A stretch of 20,000 bases of DNA, from contig NW_026515634.1 of NCBI RefSeq assembly GCF_000738915.1, positions 907,659 through 927,658 of the forward strand, given 5' to 3'. The translations under genes were made by a program, and so were the position numbers. This DNA is from Nematocida ausubeli. Lineage: Eukaryota. The notes beneath the pieces are model-generated. The model ran no database searches and was not told the origin of the DNA. It saw only the letters and a program-made list of their open reading frames with translations. How positions within the stretch are numbered: position 1 is the stretch's first letter; each line of letters opens with the position of its first letter. Below are positions 1 to 9,390 of the stretch, one piece after another.

Positions 1-320
1 TAGATATATACAGAAGAGGACAGTGGTGGAAACAAAAAATGACCTTGCAGCTATCCTGTCAAAAGAATATAAACGAATGTGCAACAAATAGTAAAACATA
101 GATCTATGCTAAAGAACAGTATATGCAGTTTATAGCATAAGGCAGTGGGTAGAAAAGAATATGCACATTTAAAATAGCAGATAATGCAGATGCGGAGTGC
201 ATAAGTAGTGTATGCGCGCCAGGAGAGCGATGCTGTCTGGAGCGCAGCCTCCGTGCTGTATTGTGAATATGTAATAGGATAGGATGCGGTAAGGCTGCAG
301 CTGGCCTATATGCTGGCCAT
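1..320 (+). repeat. Possible highly decayed right half of element A (copy 0)
   Basis: Patchy colinear similarity to copy 3: aaatagtaaaacatagatctat...gtatatgcag...agcataaggc vs aagtagaaaccatggatgtat...gtatatacac...agcataaggc; tgctgtattgtg vs tgctgcattgtg; tgctggccatg vs tgttggccatg. Confidence 0.4.
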
Positions 321-328
321 GGAATAAA

Positions 329-658
329 TTCATTACAGCTTTTTATTTTTCTTCTTACACATTCACTAGACAGTGCACAGTAGCACATATTTACATGCAC
401 ACAAAATTGTGCAATATTGAGGAAGACATCTAAATGATCATTAGGTGTAGCAGAAAGAATAAGAGAGAAGAGATATGCACAGGAATGGGCAGTGCGCACG
501 TACAGAGAAGAGGCTCACTGAAATACGCTTTGCTGAGTATGCAGGTGCTTGCATCACTTGGGGTGCATATATGTACATTATACAGGGTAGAGAGCAGAAG
601 TGTGTACTGTAGCAACAGTGCTCCTACACAAAAAAGGGCGCGCGCAAGTCTATGGTAA
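329..658 (+). pseudogene. Probable decayed remnant (upstream region and N-terminus) of a third coiled-coil family gene
   Basis: ttcattacagctttttatttttcttcttacacattcactaga (from 329) aligns with ttctttacaactctttaattttaattttatatttttgctaga (from 15351). aagacatctaaatgatc (~423) matches aagaaatctaaatgatc (~15439). A 74-aa ORF follows with a weakly similar hydrophobic segment (YALLSMQVLASLGVHIC). Confidence 0.45.
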
Positions 659-729
659 AAGAAAAAAAAAGCAGTGCAGTGCTAAGATGTAGATATATAC
701 TGCGAAAAGTATATATATCCGTGTCACCA

Positions 730-1262
730 AATACACACTATTATGATAAGTGTATACGAGTGTGTGTATAGCTGTCAATAAATGCTTATTTCGTTCTCTA
801 TTTGTCTGTAATGTGCTATTCTCTCTGTTTCTCTCTTTCTTCTCTCTTCATGTCTGAGCAATGATGGTTCTCTGGGATGTGCAAATTTTCTTCTTTTCCC
901 TGTCTCTCATGCTTTATTTCTCTTTTTATACCTACGTAAAATAAACTAGTCCACAAAAAGAAATATACACTTTATTTCCCAATATATAGGAGAATAAAAA
1001 TACAAGAAGAACACTGAAAGAGAGGAAAAGGACAAAGTAGACAGAAGCACAGAAATGAAAGAATAGACAGATAAATAGAGAGTATAGATGGAGTAGCATT
1101 CATAAACAGGGTTAAGACCAATACAAGGCTGGTTTGACTGAATACGGCAAATGTATTCAGAATGCAAGCAGATACTAATAATTCGTAAGAAAGGTGACTG
1201 AGCTGGCACATAGTGTAGAAAGAAGGGTAAGTTGGACTTAGCCTCTGCCACATATAGCTCGA
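730..1262 (+). repeat. Intergenic element A, copy 1 (degenerate palindrome)
   Basis: Shares ctgtcaataaat...ctctatttg...ctttatttcccaatata...gaataaaaatacaa...acaaagtagacaga...gtgtagaaagaa with other copies. Boundaries approximate. Confidence 0.9.
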
Positions 1263-1276
1263 GTAACTCAAAGAGT

Positions 1277-1451
1277 ATGCAAACTGTGCTCAGCAGACAA
1301 CATAGTAGTGGTATTTCTAAGTAATATGCAATGGTAGTGACTTTAAATTGTGCAAAGTAATAGCTAAGCCGTCTCTGCTACTCTTACTAAATTTTATTAG
1401 TGGAAAAGAATTCAAACTAGCCATGCTATGTTTGTAAACAGAGAGAAGAGG
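1277..1451 (+). repeat. Block C, copy 1
   Basis: tgcaaactgtgctcagcagacaacatagtagtggta...cttactaaattttatt...gaattcaaactagc...gctatgtttgtaaa is homologous to 16761-17005. Confidence 0.75.
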
Positions 1452-2217
1452 TGCAGCTTAAATAGGAAATGCTAGAGAAAGAACCCAGGAACACATTATA
1501 TATAACCAGAAGATGGCTTGGTGTGGGAATAGCTGAATTTATTTTTCTAAGATGCTAGAATTGGTTTTTCTATTTGGAAGCATCCTTTATTTCTCGCTGT
1601 CTATTTATAGACCATTAGCAGTTAATATATTAGTAATATGGAGTTGCTAATAAACACAATCTAACTAACATGCCCAAGAGGAGATGATGTTTCCGCGAGG
1701 AGGTTATAGTTTAGAATAAAAAGTGTAGTTGTTAAGGAAGTTTTATTCGTGTATTGTTGCAGATGTCTGGATATACTGTGGCGACAGGCTTTTGGATAAA
1801 TAGAAAGTTTACCACAATAATTTGAATAAATATTAATTCATTAACAAAAAATAGTCAAAAGGGGAAGTATTAATAATTAGTTGGTTTTAATTAATTTAAT
1901 TTAGAACAAGAAAATAGTACATTCTATACCATATTGCTAACCCAAGGAAAGAGATTTGCGTCTTCGAGGTAGAGAAAAACAACAAGCCGTGCATGGACAC
2001 ATAAGTACATAGCACTAGTTAAATTCGAGTTGTATTTTGTTGCATAGGGCATTCAACATAGCCTAAATTTTCTTCTGTAGAATTTACTAAAAAACTTACT
2101 GCGAAAATAGAATGGTCTTTTAATACTTAATGTGCACATGCAATTAATCACTATTGATCAATTACCCCAATTTAAATGCTTAAATACAAGAATATTTGAA
2201 AATTTCAGTACTAAGAT

Positions 2218-4401
2218 ATGAACATGAAAATAAAAAGAAAAACACATGAACATCTATACAAGAGAAATAACAGACAGATATCTATCAAGCTACTAGCAAA
2301 AGTGCTTCTTATGGGCGCGCTTCTATTTGTGCAGAACGTCTTCGGATTATTGAGCGAGGAGGATATGAAAGCAGTGATAAAAGCAATATTAAGCAAAACA
2401 AAAGGTGATACTATGCTGAAGCTGGATGGGCCTTTTAGCCCAATTATGCTATATCTATACGAATGGTCTAGCACTCTTCAGAATAAGCGATTTGATTCTT
2501 CATACATAAGTAACTGTTTTTTAATAATAAAGGAAGAAGATACTTCACATAAAACATACCAAACAAACCACATAGCCAGAGAAGAGGATTCAGAGGGAAA
2601 GAAGATACCAAAGAGAATTGTAGACCACTACAATGCACTAATTAATATGTTTCCTTCCCCAAAGAGAAAAATAGGCATCTATCCTAAAAAACTCCGAAAA
2701 GAGTCTTTTACTTCTTTCTTGAAGAGTGAACATGTCAAGGAATATGCCCATAGAATTCTTGCAGTACTTCTTCTGCAGGCAGAGGGGATGCCCGTGTCTC
2801 TGAGAATTGAGGATGAAGAAAGCGCATGCCCAAAACTTACATGGATGAATGAATACAAACCCAAAGACTCCTTCAGTATTCCTATATACACTACTAGTAC
2901 GGAAGGACAGGAAAGTAATAGCTCTAATGAAGAAGCAAATATAAAAAAAAGTAGCATTAAAATAGTGCAGACTATTAAGTACTTCCTTAATGCAGAGTCC
3001 AGCCAGGAACTTGAAGAGAGTATAGCGCTGAAGGAATCAACTGAGAAAGAAATTTATTGGAAGAATGAGTTTACTGAGACACCAGCCTGGCTTATACAGT
3101 CGTACATATACTACTATCTGGAGACTAAAGAGGATGCAATTAACTTTTATGACGAGATGTCTGACAAATTAAGGCTTTGCTTCACAAAGCTTAAAGAGAA
3201 AAACAATGCAGTGATTTCAACCCGGCTATTTCAAAAGTGGCTTACAAAAACATCAAATAGGTCAGTAACGTTGGAGTGGTGGGGTAACGTAAAAGAGCTT
3301 AAAGATTTGGTTGAAGCCGAGAAAGAAATTAAACCACTTCCCTTCAAAAATAATAGTCTGTACCTTCCCACAAAAAAGAATTATTGGCCTAAATATGAAT
3401 ATTATAAAACATGCACGTCTTCACCTAATATAGAATCTACACTATTTACTCTATTCTGCTGCTTTGTATATGACCCAGAGACAAACACATACAATGTTGA
3501 TCAAATTCCGTGCGCGCAAGAAGAAGTAAAGAATCTGTTTGGCATGCCATCTAAAAACACAAGTACGTCTAGCGATTCACCCGAAAAATGTGAAAATCCA
3601 GCCATAAACAACCCACTCAGCAATGATATGCCTGTCATACGGATGGGGCAGGGAATAACAAAAGAGGCTTGGGATAAATGGCGTGAAATAATTAAGAGCT
3701 TAGTGAGAGATGATGAGGACATAAGTTACATAAAACTAACGAACGGTAGGCATGTGATTGAACAAGATATCCTCAATATTCTCATAATAATGCTAAAGCT
3801 TACTGGAATGTATTATGATATAAATAAGAAAGAAATACAGTCATATAAAAAACTGTTCGAATCCGAAAGATCCGGGTATGAGAAACCCCTAACAGTTAAG
3901 GATTTAAATAGCATTATAAGATATGTAGAAAGTATTTTCTCTATGGTATTGTCAAGAAAATTCGACAATAGAATGCCTGAAGACTTCAGGAACCGGTTTT
4001 CTACATCTTTTAAAGATAAAAAACCAAGAATATTATATATGAACTTTGTGGATTACCAAATTAAAAGCACATATACTAAAAAGTATTTGACTAAACGTAT
4101 AGAAACAAAATATTTGGCCGGAAGTTTACAGATTTATTATAAAACAGAAAACAGAAAACAGCCAATAATTATTAGTTTTATATCACCAGAAATAGTCGAA
4201 TTAGGAATTGGCATGTGTTTTTTACTATCAGAAATTCCAAAAATTGACATTTTAGCAGAGAAAATAAGCAAAATGCCAAAAGACAGCTATAGTATGCATG
4301 TTCTTTCTGAATATGCAGAAACCATAAATCTATCCAATCCAACTAATATGAAAGTTGATCAGCCCGAATATAATCCGAATGAAACACTTGATATAGCCTA
4401 A
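2218..4401 (+). CDS. Divergent, shorter member of the large gene family (Nematocida NemLGF1-like), with N-terminal signal peptide/anchor
   Basis: 727-aa ORF. Hydrophobic N-terminus LLAKVLLMGALLFVQNVFG. Shares family blocks in order: DGPFSP...NKRF, LINMFPSP, SFTSFLKSEHVKEYAHRILAVLLLQAEG, WLIQSYIY, LFCCFVYDPET. Lacks the C-terminal RFTxNILGS region seen in the other three. Confidence 0.88.
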   Translation: MNMKIKRKTHEHLYKRNNRQISIKLLAKVLLMGALLFVQNVFGLLSEEDMKAVIKAILSKTKGDTMLKLDGPFSPIMLYLYEWSSTLQNKRFDSSYISNCFLIIKEEDTSHKTYQTNHIAREEDSEGKKIPKRIVDHYNALINMFPSPKRKIGIYPKKLRKESFTSFLKSEHVKEYAHRILAVLLLQAEGMPVSLRIEDEESACPKLTWMNEYKPKDSFSIPIYTTSTEGQESNSSNEEANIKKSSIKIVQTIKYFLNAESSQELEESIALKESTEKEIYWKNEFTETPAWLIQSYIYYYLETKEDAINFYDEMSDKLRLCFTKLKEKNNAVISTRLFQKWLTKTSNRSVTLEWWGNVKELKDLVEAEKEIKPLPFKNNSLYLPTKKNYWPKYEYYKTCTSSPNIESTLFTLFCCFVYDPETNTYNVDQIPCAQEEVKNLFGMPSKNTSTSSDSPEKCENPAINNPLSNDMPVIRMGQGITKEAWDKWREIIKSLVRDDEDISYIKLTNGRHVIEQDILNILIIMLKLTGMYYDINKKEIQSYKKLFESERSGYEKPLTVKDLNSIIRYVESIFSMVLSRKFDNRMPEDFRNRFSTSFKDKKPRILYMNFVDYQIKSTYTKKYLTKRIETKYLAGSLQIYYKTENRKQPIIISFISPEIVELGIGMCFLLSEIPKIDILAEKISKMPKDSYSMHVLSEYAETINLSNPTNMKVDQPEYNPNETLDIA

Positions 4402-4614
4402 GTTCTAATAAATATTTTACAATAGTCTCGCTCTTAGACAGTAGGTGAATTACCAGAAGGCTTAACTTGGAAGGGCTCGGATACTCAAAGAATAGCCTTT
4501 AAAATTATTCATATATTGGGTGGGCCTAACCCGAATTTCCAGCAGCCTTCTGAATACTACACTGGTGTTAATTTGTTTTGAAGTATAGCTTATTTCTCCT
4601 CTATGAAACGCTAC

Positions 4615-4870
4615 ACTCAATCATACAAAAATATAGAATAAATTTATTTTCTGTCCTCTATTCATGCCCGCCCAGAATGGTGTTTTTTAGACAAAAAACA
4701 TAAGTTTCTAGAAGATGTTTTTCATCATACGGTCTGGAGGTGGTTAATTATTCACTGAAGGACAAATAAAGGCAAGGGTCTAATCCATTCAATGAATTAT
4801 ATGTATGCAAGCAGACCCCCTTTTAGCGGGCTGCCCTGCCGCCAAATTCCTCGGAAGGCAATGACCAGCA
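4615..4870. repeat. Downstream block B, copy 1 (3' of gene 4871-7684)
   Basis: 4615-4730 differs from 17232-17347 at 5 of 116 positions by manual alignment; the remainder is colinear but more diverged. Confidence 0.92.
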
Positions 4871-7684
4871 TCAACTTATACTGCATCTCGTGCAATTTTT
4901 TTCGTTTAGCCGCCAACAGGATCTAAAAAGGTACGATACCAGCGTATCATACTTTTTCATACTTTTTTTGTCATTCTTTGAGCAGAATAAATACTTATTT
5001 TCTTTTAAGACACTTAGACCTTTTTCAAAATACTCCAAAGGTCCTGAAATTTCTTTTTTACGCATAAATAATTCTGAATGGCTATGGAAAGCTATAGAGT
5101 CGTAAATCGTCTTAATAGATTCTAATAAGGGCCCATCAACGCCTGAGCATACATGAATAAACCAGGTAATATACACATAGTTTAAATCGCAGTCTTCCAT
5201 AGATTCTTTGATAATGGATTGAATTTTCAGCAAGTCCTCTATCATTCCCTTAGACACGATAAGATCAAGCAAAGCATCTCGGGTTATATAAGCTACTCTT
5301 GAATTGTTCATTCTCGCGTCATTTGCAGTTACTCTAAGATAGTTGCACGTGGCTTTTAATGCAGCAGATTCTGGAATATCATCTAGTAGAGTTCTGTATA
5401 CATCCACTGGCTCTAGCTGATTCCAAAAATCGTCTTCCTTTGGAATAAACTCTGATGGCTTAAATCCAAGTCTTGGATAGTACTCCTGCCAGCTTGTATG
5501 AAATGGGAAGCTTTCTAGAACTATACTTCTTGTGTTAAGGTCATTGAGCGGAACACTTCCTAAAATGTTTGCTGTGAACCGTGTTAAAGGGTTTGTTTGG
5601 CCTACTTCCTTGTCTACAGTATCAAGTATAAAGCTATTTATAATATAGCGTTTAATTCCATTGGAAGAAAGCTTTTCCAATAAGAATATTCTAGATATGC
5701 CTTTAGATTCCTCCTGTATAACTGATTCTATGGTTTTTCTAAGATTCTTTGAAAGGCCTTCACGGCTGTTACTTAAAGAATCCAATTCTACACTAACGTA
5801 CTGGTATGCAATGTATCCTATATAGCAGTCTACGCCACTGTATGTATTTTTTACTTCTTCATATTTTTCTTTAACTTGTGCAGATTTATTCTTTAAAGAT
5901 CGAAGAAAAGTAAGAACAGCATGCTTCGGTATTATATCCAAAGAAATTCCATTATATACTTTACCGAAACCCGATATAACCCGAATCTCAGAGAAAATAT
6001 CTGCCTTGCCATTTGACCTCTTTCCAAGTCTCATTTGTTTGCACTCTACTCTCACATTCTTATTCAGTGATAAAGCCTTAATAATCGATTCGATCTTATC
6101 TGCAATTTCAGATTGCTTACTATCTAATTCTTTATATTTACATGCATTCTCTATACACTCAACTAGCTCTAATATATCTGCTTTCTGGCCTGTTATTTCT
6201 GCAATTACTAGAAATATATTTGCAATCCCAGCTATAAGCTCGTTTTTACTCTTCCAGTAGTCAATCTTTTCATCCTCTAAGCAAGCAACAACTCGGCTCC
6301 ACTCCTTGTGCATTTCAAAGTTAGTGGTTTCTTTTGGCTTAGGATACTTTTCAAAGAAGTCTCTCAACTCTTTGCTTACTTCCGTTCCCATGTGGTCTGT
6401 CTCATACTTTCCTGTCTCTGGATTATATGCTAGGCCGCAGAACAGTCCAAGAAGGGCTGTTTCTACGCAGTTGCTATAGTATAAGAATTGGTTTCTCTCA
6501 AAGCCAGACTTGTCTAGTTTACAACGCGGCACTCTAGTAAACTGTGGCAGTTGACTACTATTGCAGAAGGGAAAATCGGCATTTTCATTTGTATATTTTA
6601 CAAGGTCACAGAATGATTCAATGTACTTTATGTTCTCACTAAGTGTATCTTTTGCAATGAAAAGCTCATCAAATATTCTGCCCTTCTTACCTTTCTTCTT
6701 AGTCTGCTCCGGGTTCTCCTTTTCAGCCACTTGATCAACCATTAGTTCATGCACTGCATTCACAAAGTCCTTGTAACTCTCTGCTGTGTCAATGAACTCG
6801 TATATGTACGTCTGTATGAGGAAGGCTGCGTTATTCAGAAATAAGCCACTTTCAAACTCTTCTCTAGTGGAAGGCATTGCAAACTTGCCCCCTTTCTTTA
6901 GAAGTGGATTATCTCTGCACTGCATATAGAACTTGACAACTCCAGCTGCCTCACTTTGATAGATATCCTCTTTGTACTTCTTAGTAACTGGATCTGTGCC
7001 TTCCATATGCATTTCTACATCCAAAAATACTTTTTCCTTGCATGTCTTACTTTTTATGACAAGATTATTTTTCTTTCCTGTACGGTCTATACTTATTTTA
7101 AGGTCAACGCCCTCTGAGAGAAGAAGAAGCGCTGCAAGAATGTACTTTGTGTCTTTCTTAACGTGATCTGCTCTTAGAAAGTTTGTAAGTGCATTTGATC
7201 TACCTGCCTCAATGGAGAGGTCTCTATCCACAGACGGAAACATCTTTATCAGCTGGGCATGATAAGAGCTAAGATACTCCCCATTGGGAGTCTGTGTGGC
7301 TATGTCCTTGTATACTCTGTCATTAACTGGTTTTCTTGTAAAGTTGTACTCTTGTTTGTTTTTACTAGATAGTCCTTTCTTAGACAACGTATAATCTGTG
7401 TCTATTTCAGGGGAATAAAACCGTTTGTTGTACATATATCCATTCTGGTTTCCAATGTATCCACGTAGGAGATTCAATGATCCTCTTGGGTTAATAACCA
7501 CATCCTGCTTCTTGCCAACTAGAGTCTCATGTACTGTCTTTATGTCTTCCATATTGATTCTTGTAAGAATCGTTTGCACCATTATTAAGTTCAAAAGTAG
7601 CCTGCCGATCATTTTTTGCAAATCGAAAAAAGATTTTCTCTTTAACCGATTTAATTTCTCGCTTTTCATTATTATCCTTAGCAT
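4871..7684 (-). CDS. Large gene family protein (NemLGF1-like), predicted secreted or host-exposed; alternative start ATG at 7612
   Basis: 937-aa ORF. Signal-like segment MIGRLLLNLIMVQTILT begins at Met25 (7612). Motifs INPRGSLNLLRGYI, YNKRFYSP, LIKMFPS, YSNCVETALLGLFCGLAYNP, RFTANILGS are shared with paralogues in this window. The family name is from recollection, not a search. Confidence 0.93.
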   Translation of the reverse strand: MLRIIMKSEKLNRLKRKSFFDLQKMIGRLLLNLIMVQTILTRINMEDIKTVHETLVGKKQDVVINPRGSLNLLRGYIGNQNGYMYNKRFYSPEIDTDYTLSKKGLSSKNKQEYNFTRKPVNDRVYKDIATQTPNGEYLSSYHAQLIKMFPSVDRDLSIEAGRSNALTNFLRADHVKKDTKYILAALLLLSEGVDLKISIDRTGKKNNLVIKSKTCKEKVFLDVEMHMEGTDPVTKKYKEDIYQSEAAGVVKFYMQCRDNPLLKKGGKFAMPSTREEFESGLFLNNAAFLIQTYIYEFIDTAESYKDFVNAVHELMVDQVAEKENPEQTKKKGKKGRIFDELFIAKDTLSENIKYIESFCDLVKYTNENADFPFCNSSQLPQFTRVPRCKLDKSGFERNQFLYYSNCVETALLGLFCGLAYNPETGKYETDHMGTEVSKELRDFFEKYPKPKETTNFEMHKEWSRVVACLEDEKIDYWKSKNELIAGIANIFLVIAEITGQKADILELVECIENACKYKELDSKQSEIADKIESIIKALSLNKNVRVECKQMRLGKRSNGKADIFSEIRVISGFGKVYNGISLDIIPKHAVLTFLRSLKNKSAQVKEKYEEVKNTYSGVDCYIGYIAYQYVSVELDSLSNSREGLSKNLRKTIESVIQEESKGISRIFLLEKLSSNGIKRYIINSFILDTVDKEVGQTNPLTRFTANILGSVPLNDLNTRSIVLESFPFHTSWQEYYPRLGFKPSEFIPKEDDFWNQLEPVDVYRTLLDDIPESAALKATCNYLRVTANDARMNNSRVAYITRDALLDLIVSKGMIEDLLKIQSIIKESMEDCDLNYVYITWFIHVCSGVDGPLLESIKTIYDSIAFHSHSELFMRKKEISGPLEYFEKGLSVLKENKYLFCSKNDKKSMKKYDTLVSYLFRSCWRLNEKNCTRCSIS

Positions 7685-7700
7685 CAGTTATTTCTATATA

Positions 7701-7712
7701 TAAATCATTTTT
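7701..7712 (-). promoter_or_regulatory. Candidate core promoter/initiator motif AAAAATGATTTA
   Basis: The same 12-mer lies just upstream of both complete minus-strand family genes. Confidence 0.35.
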
Positions 7713-8285
7713 TTATAGGTCACTTGCATGCGATTTATAGTTAGCCAATAAGCAAAAACAGTTCTGTGCTTTAGTTGGGCCAGTGATTGTATCCAATCTG
7801 CATACGTAAATACACCAGTGAGATCATCTTCATACTATTCTCCTGTACTGCAGACCAATAGTTAGAAAACACTCGTATGGTTCTCTCATAAAACAGACTC
7901 GGCTACACAAAGCCTGTCCTATTGAATAGCTGTCTTTTTGTGTATTTATCATCTAATCTAGATATATTAGTATACTATGCAATGGTGTTAACAGAAGTAT
8001 ACTGAAAACTCCGAAGCCTGAATATGCTAGATGAACACTCTGATATAGCCAAGATATGTGCACTAAGACAGTCTAAATAAAGGAGTTGAGTGGTAGTGGG
8101 CTGGTGCAGTGTCTGTGCACTAGAAAGTGTATTCCTTCAATATGTGCATAGCTAGAGGAAAATAAAAATAAAACTCAACTCAGAGTGTGTCCAGAGGATG
8201 TTTAACAGAGCCGCCTTTATGCTATACATGTGTATAATGTGATGGATGCGCAGACAAAATATCTCTATATATGTGTGTAGTGCAT

Positions 8286-8738
8286 AATACACACTATTAT
8301 GATAAGTGTATACGAGAGTATGTCTAGCTGTTAATAAATGCCTGTTTCGTTCTCTATTTGCCTGTAGTATGCTGCTCTCTCTGTTTCTCTCTTTCTTCTC
8401 TCTTCATGCCTGACCAGTGGTGGTTCTCTGTGATGTGCTACTTTTCTTCTTTTCCCTGTCTCTAGTGCTTTATTTCTCTTTTTATAACTATGTAAAATAA
8501 ATTGCTTCAGAGGGCTGTATGTATACTTTATTTCCCAATATATACAAGAATAAAAATACAAAAAGCACACTGAGAGAGAAAAAGAGAACAAAGTAGACAG
8601 ATGCATATAAATAAAAGAATAGACAGATAAATAGAGAGTATAGATGTATTAATAGGTATATACACTGCTAGGACCAATAGAAGGAGCCCTTTTGGCAAAG
8701 TACTGTAAATATGTTAAGAATGTAAGTATACACTGATA
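8286..8738 (+). repeat. Intergenic element A, copy 2 (3' truncated)
   Basis: aatacacactattatgataagtgtatacgag is identical to copy 1. Colinear to ~8738, then unrelated. Confidence 0.9.
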
Positions 8739-8931
8739 GGACACAATGAATTTGCATAAAGGATGATATATATGTTTATTACAGAGCTGGTTTAGTAGAA
8801 AGAGCCTAAGTAAGTTATCCCGATTGTCATTTCAGCTGATTCTCCTCTCTAAACTATTACACTTAGTTATACTAAACTTGGTTCTAGTTTATTCGGGGTA
8901 TTTATAGACCCCCTCAAGGTAATATTAGATC

Positions 8932-9115
8932 TAGACAATAAAGTTTCTGGAAATTTCCAAAAGAAGTCGTTCATGATATTTTATGGAGATGATTAATTAT
9001 TCGTCCAAAACAAATAAAAGGCTAAGAGTCTAAGTCAGCCTAGATAGCGCATACACAAGTAAAACCCATTGTAGTGTATTGTTCTACAGAAAAACCTCCG
9101 AAAGGCAATGCCCAA
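8932..9115. repeat. Downstream block B, diverged copy 3 (about 275 bp 3' of gene 9391-12060)
   Basis: ttcatgatattttatggagatgattaattattc...caaataaaaggctaagagtctaa...cctccgaaaggcaatgccca vs ttcatcatacggtctggaggtggttaattattc...caaataaaggcaagggtctaa...cctcggaaggcaatgacca. Confidence 0.72.
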
Positions 9116-9390
9116 TATAATCTGCATTGCTAGCCCAGATAAAGGGTTTATGCTCTCTAGGCAAGGAAAATCAGCAACTATACAGCTAGTTTAGCTATAC
9201 ACTACCATATTTTCGATTATTTACTGCTGGTTTCTTAGAGATAAAATATTTTAATTCTAGCTGTGCTATTTGAAGAAGCCTTGTACAAAGTACTTTAGCT
9301 AGATTTCCTTAGAAATAGTAGAGAAAAAGCTTTTATTGCAATATTCTATAAAGGTTCTTCTAGTCAAAGAAGTGTCTAGGTTTGTGCACC

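Noticed and set aside
2..91. Short open frame at the window start (RYIQKRTVVETKNDLAAILSKEYKRMCNK) as the 3' end of an upstream gene
   Set aside because: Too short to support, and the region is alternatively explained as decayed element A; upstream sequence is needed.
104..499. 131-aa minus-strand ORF
   Set aside because: No recognisable features, atypical composition, and it overlaps decayed repeat-derived sequence.
4615..4730. Box C/D snoRNA call for the core of block B
   Set aside because: A box C-like ATGATGA is present, but there is no CTGA box D or clear terminal stem; kept only as a hypothesis.
8331..8606. Similar small minus-strand ORFs within element A (8331-8606, 12659-12877, 946-1251, 972-1271, 12831-13082, 12844-13170)
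   Set aside because: Similarity follows from the DNA repeat. Frames and starts differ between copies, copies 1 and 4 have in-frame stops, and the purine/pyrimidine skew makes stops rare. Two indels are multiples of 3, but that is weak evidence.
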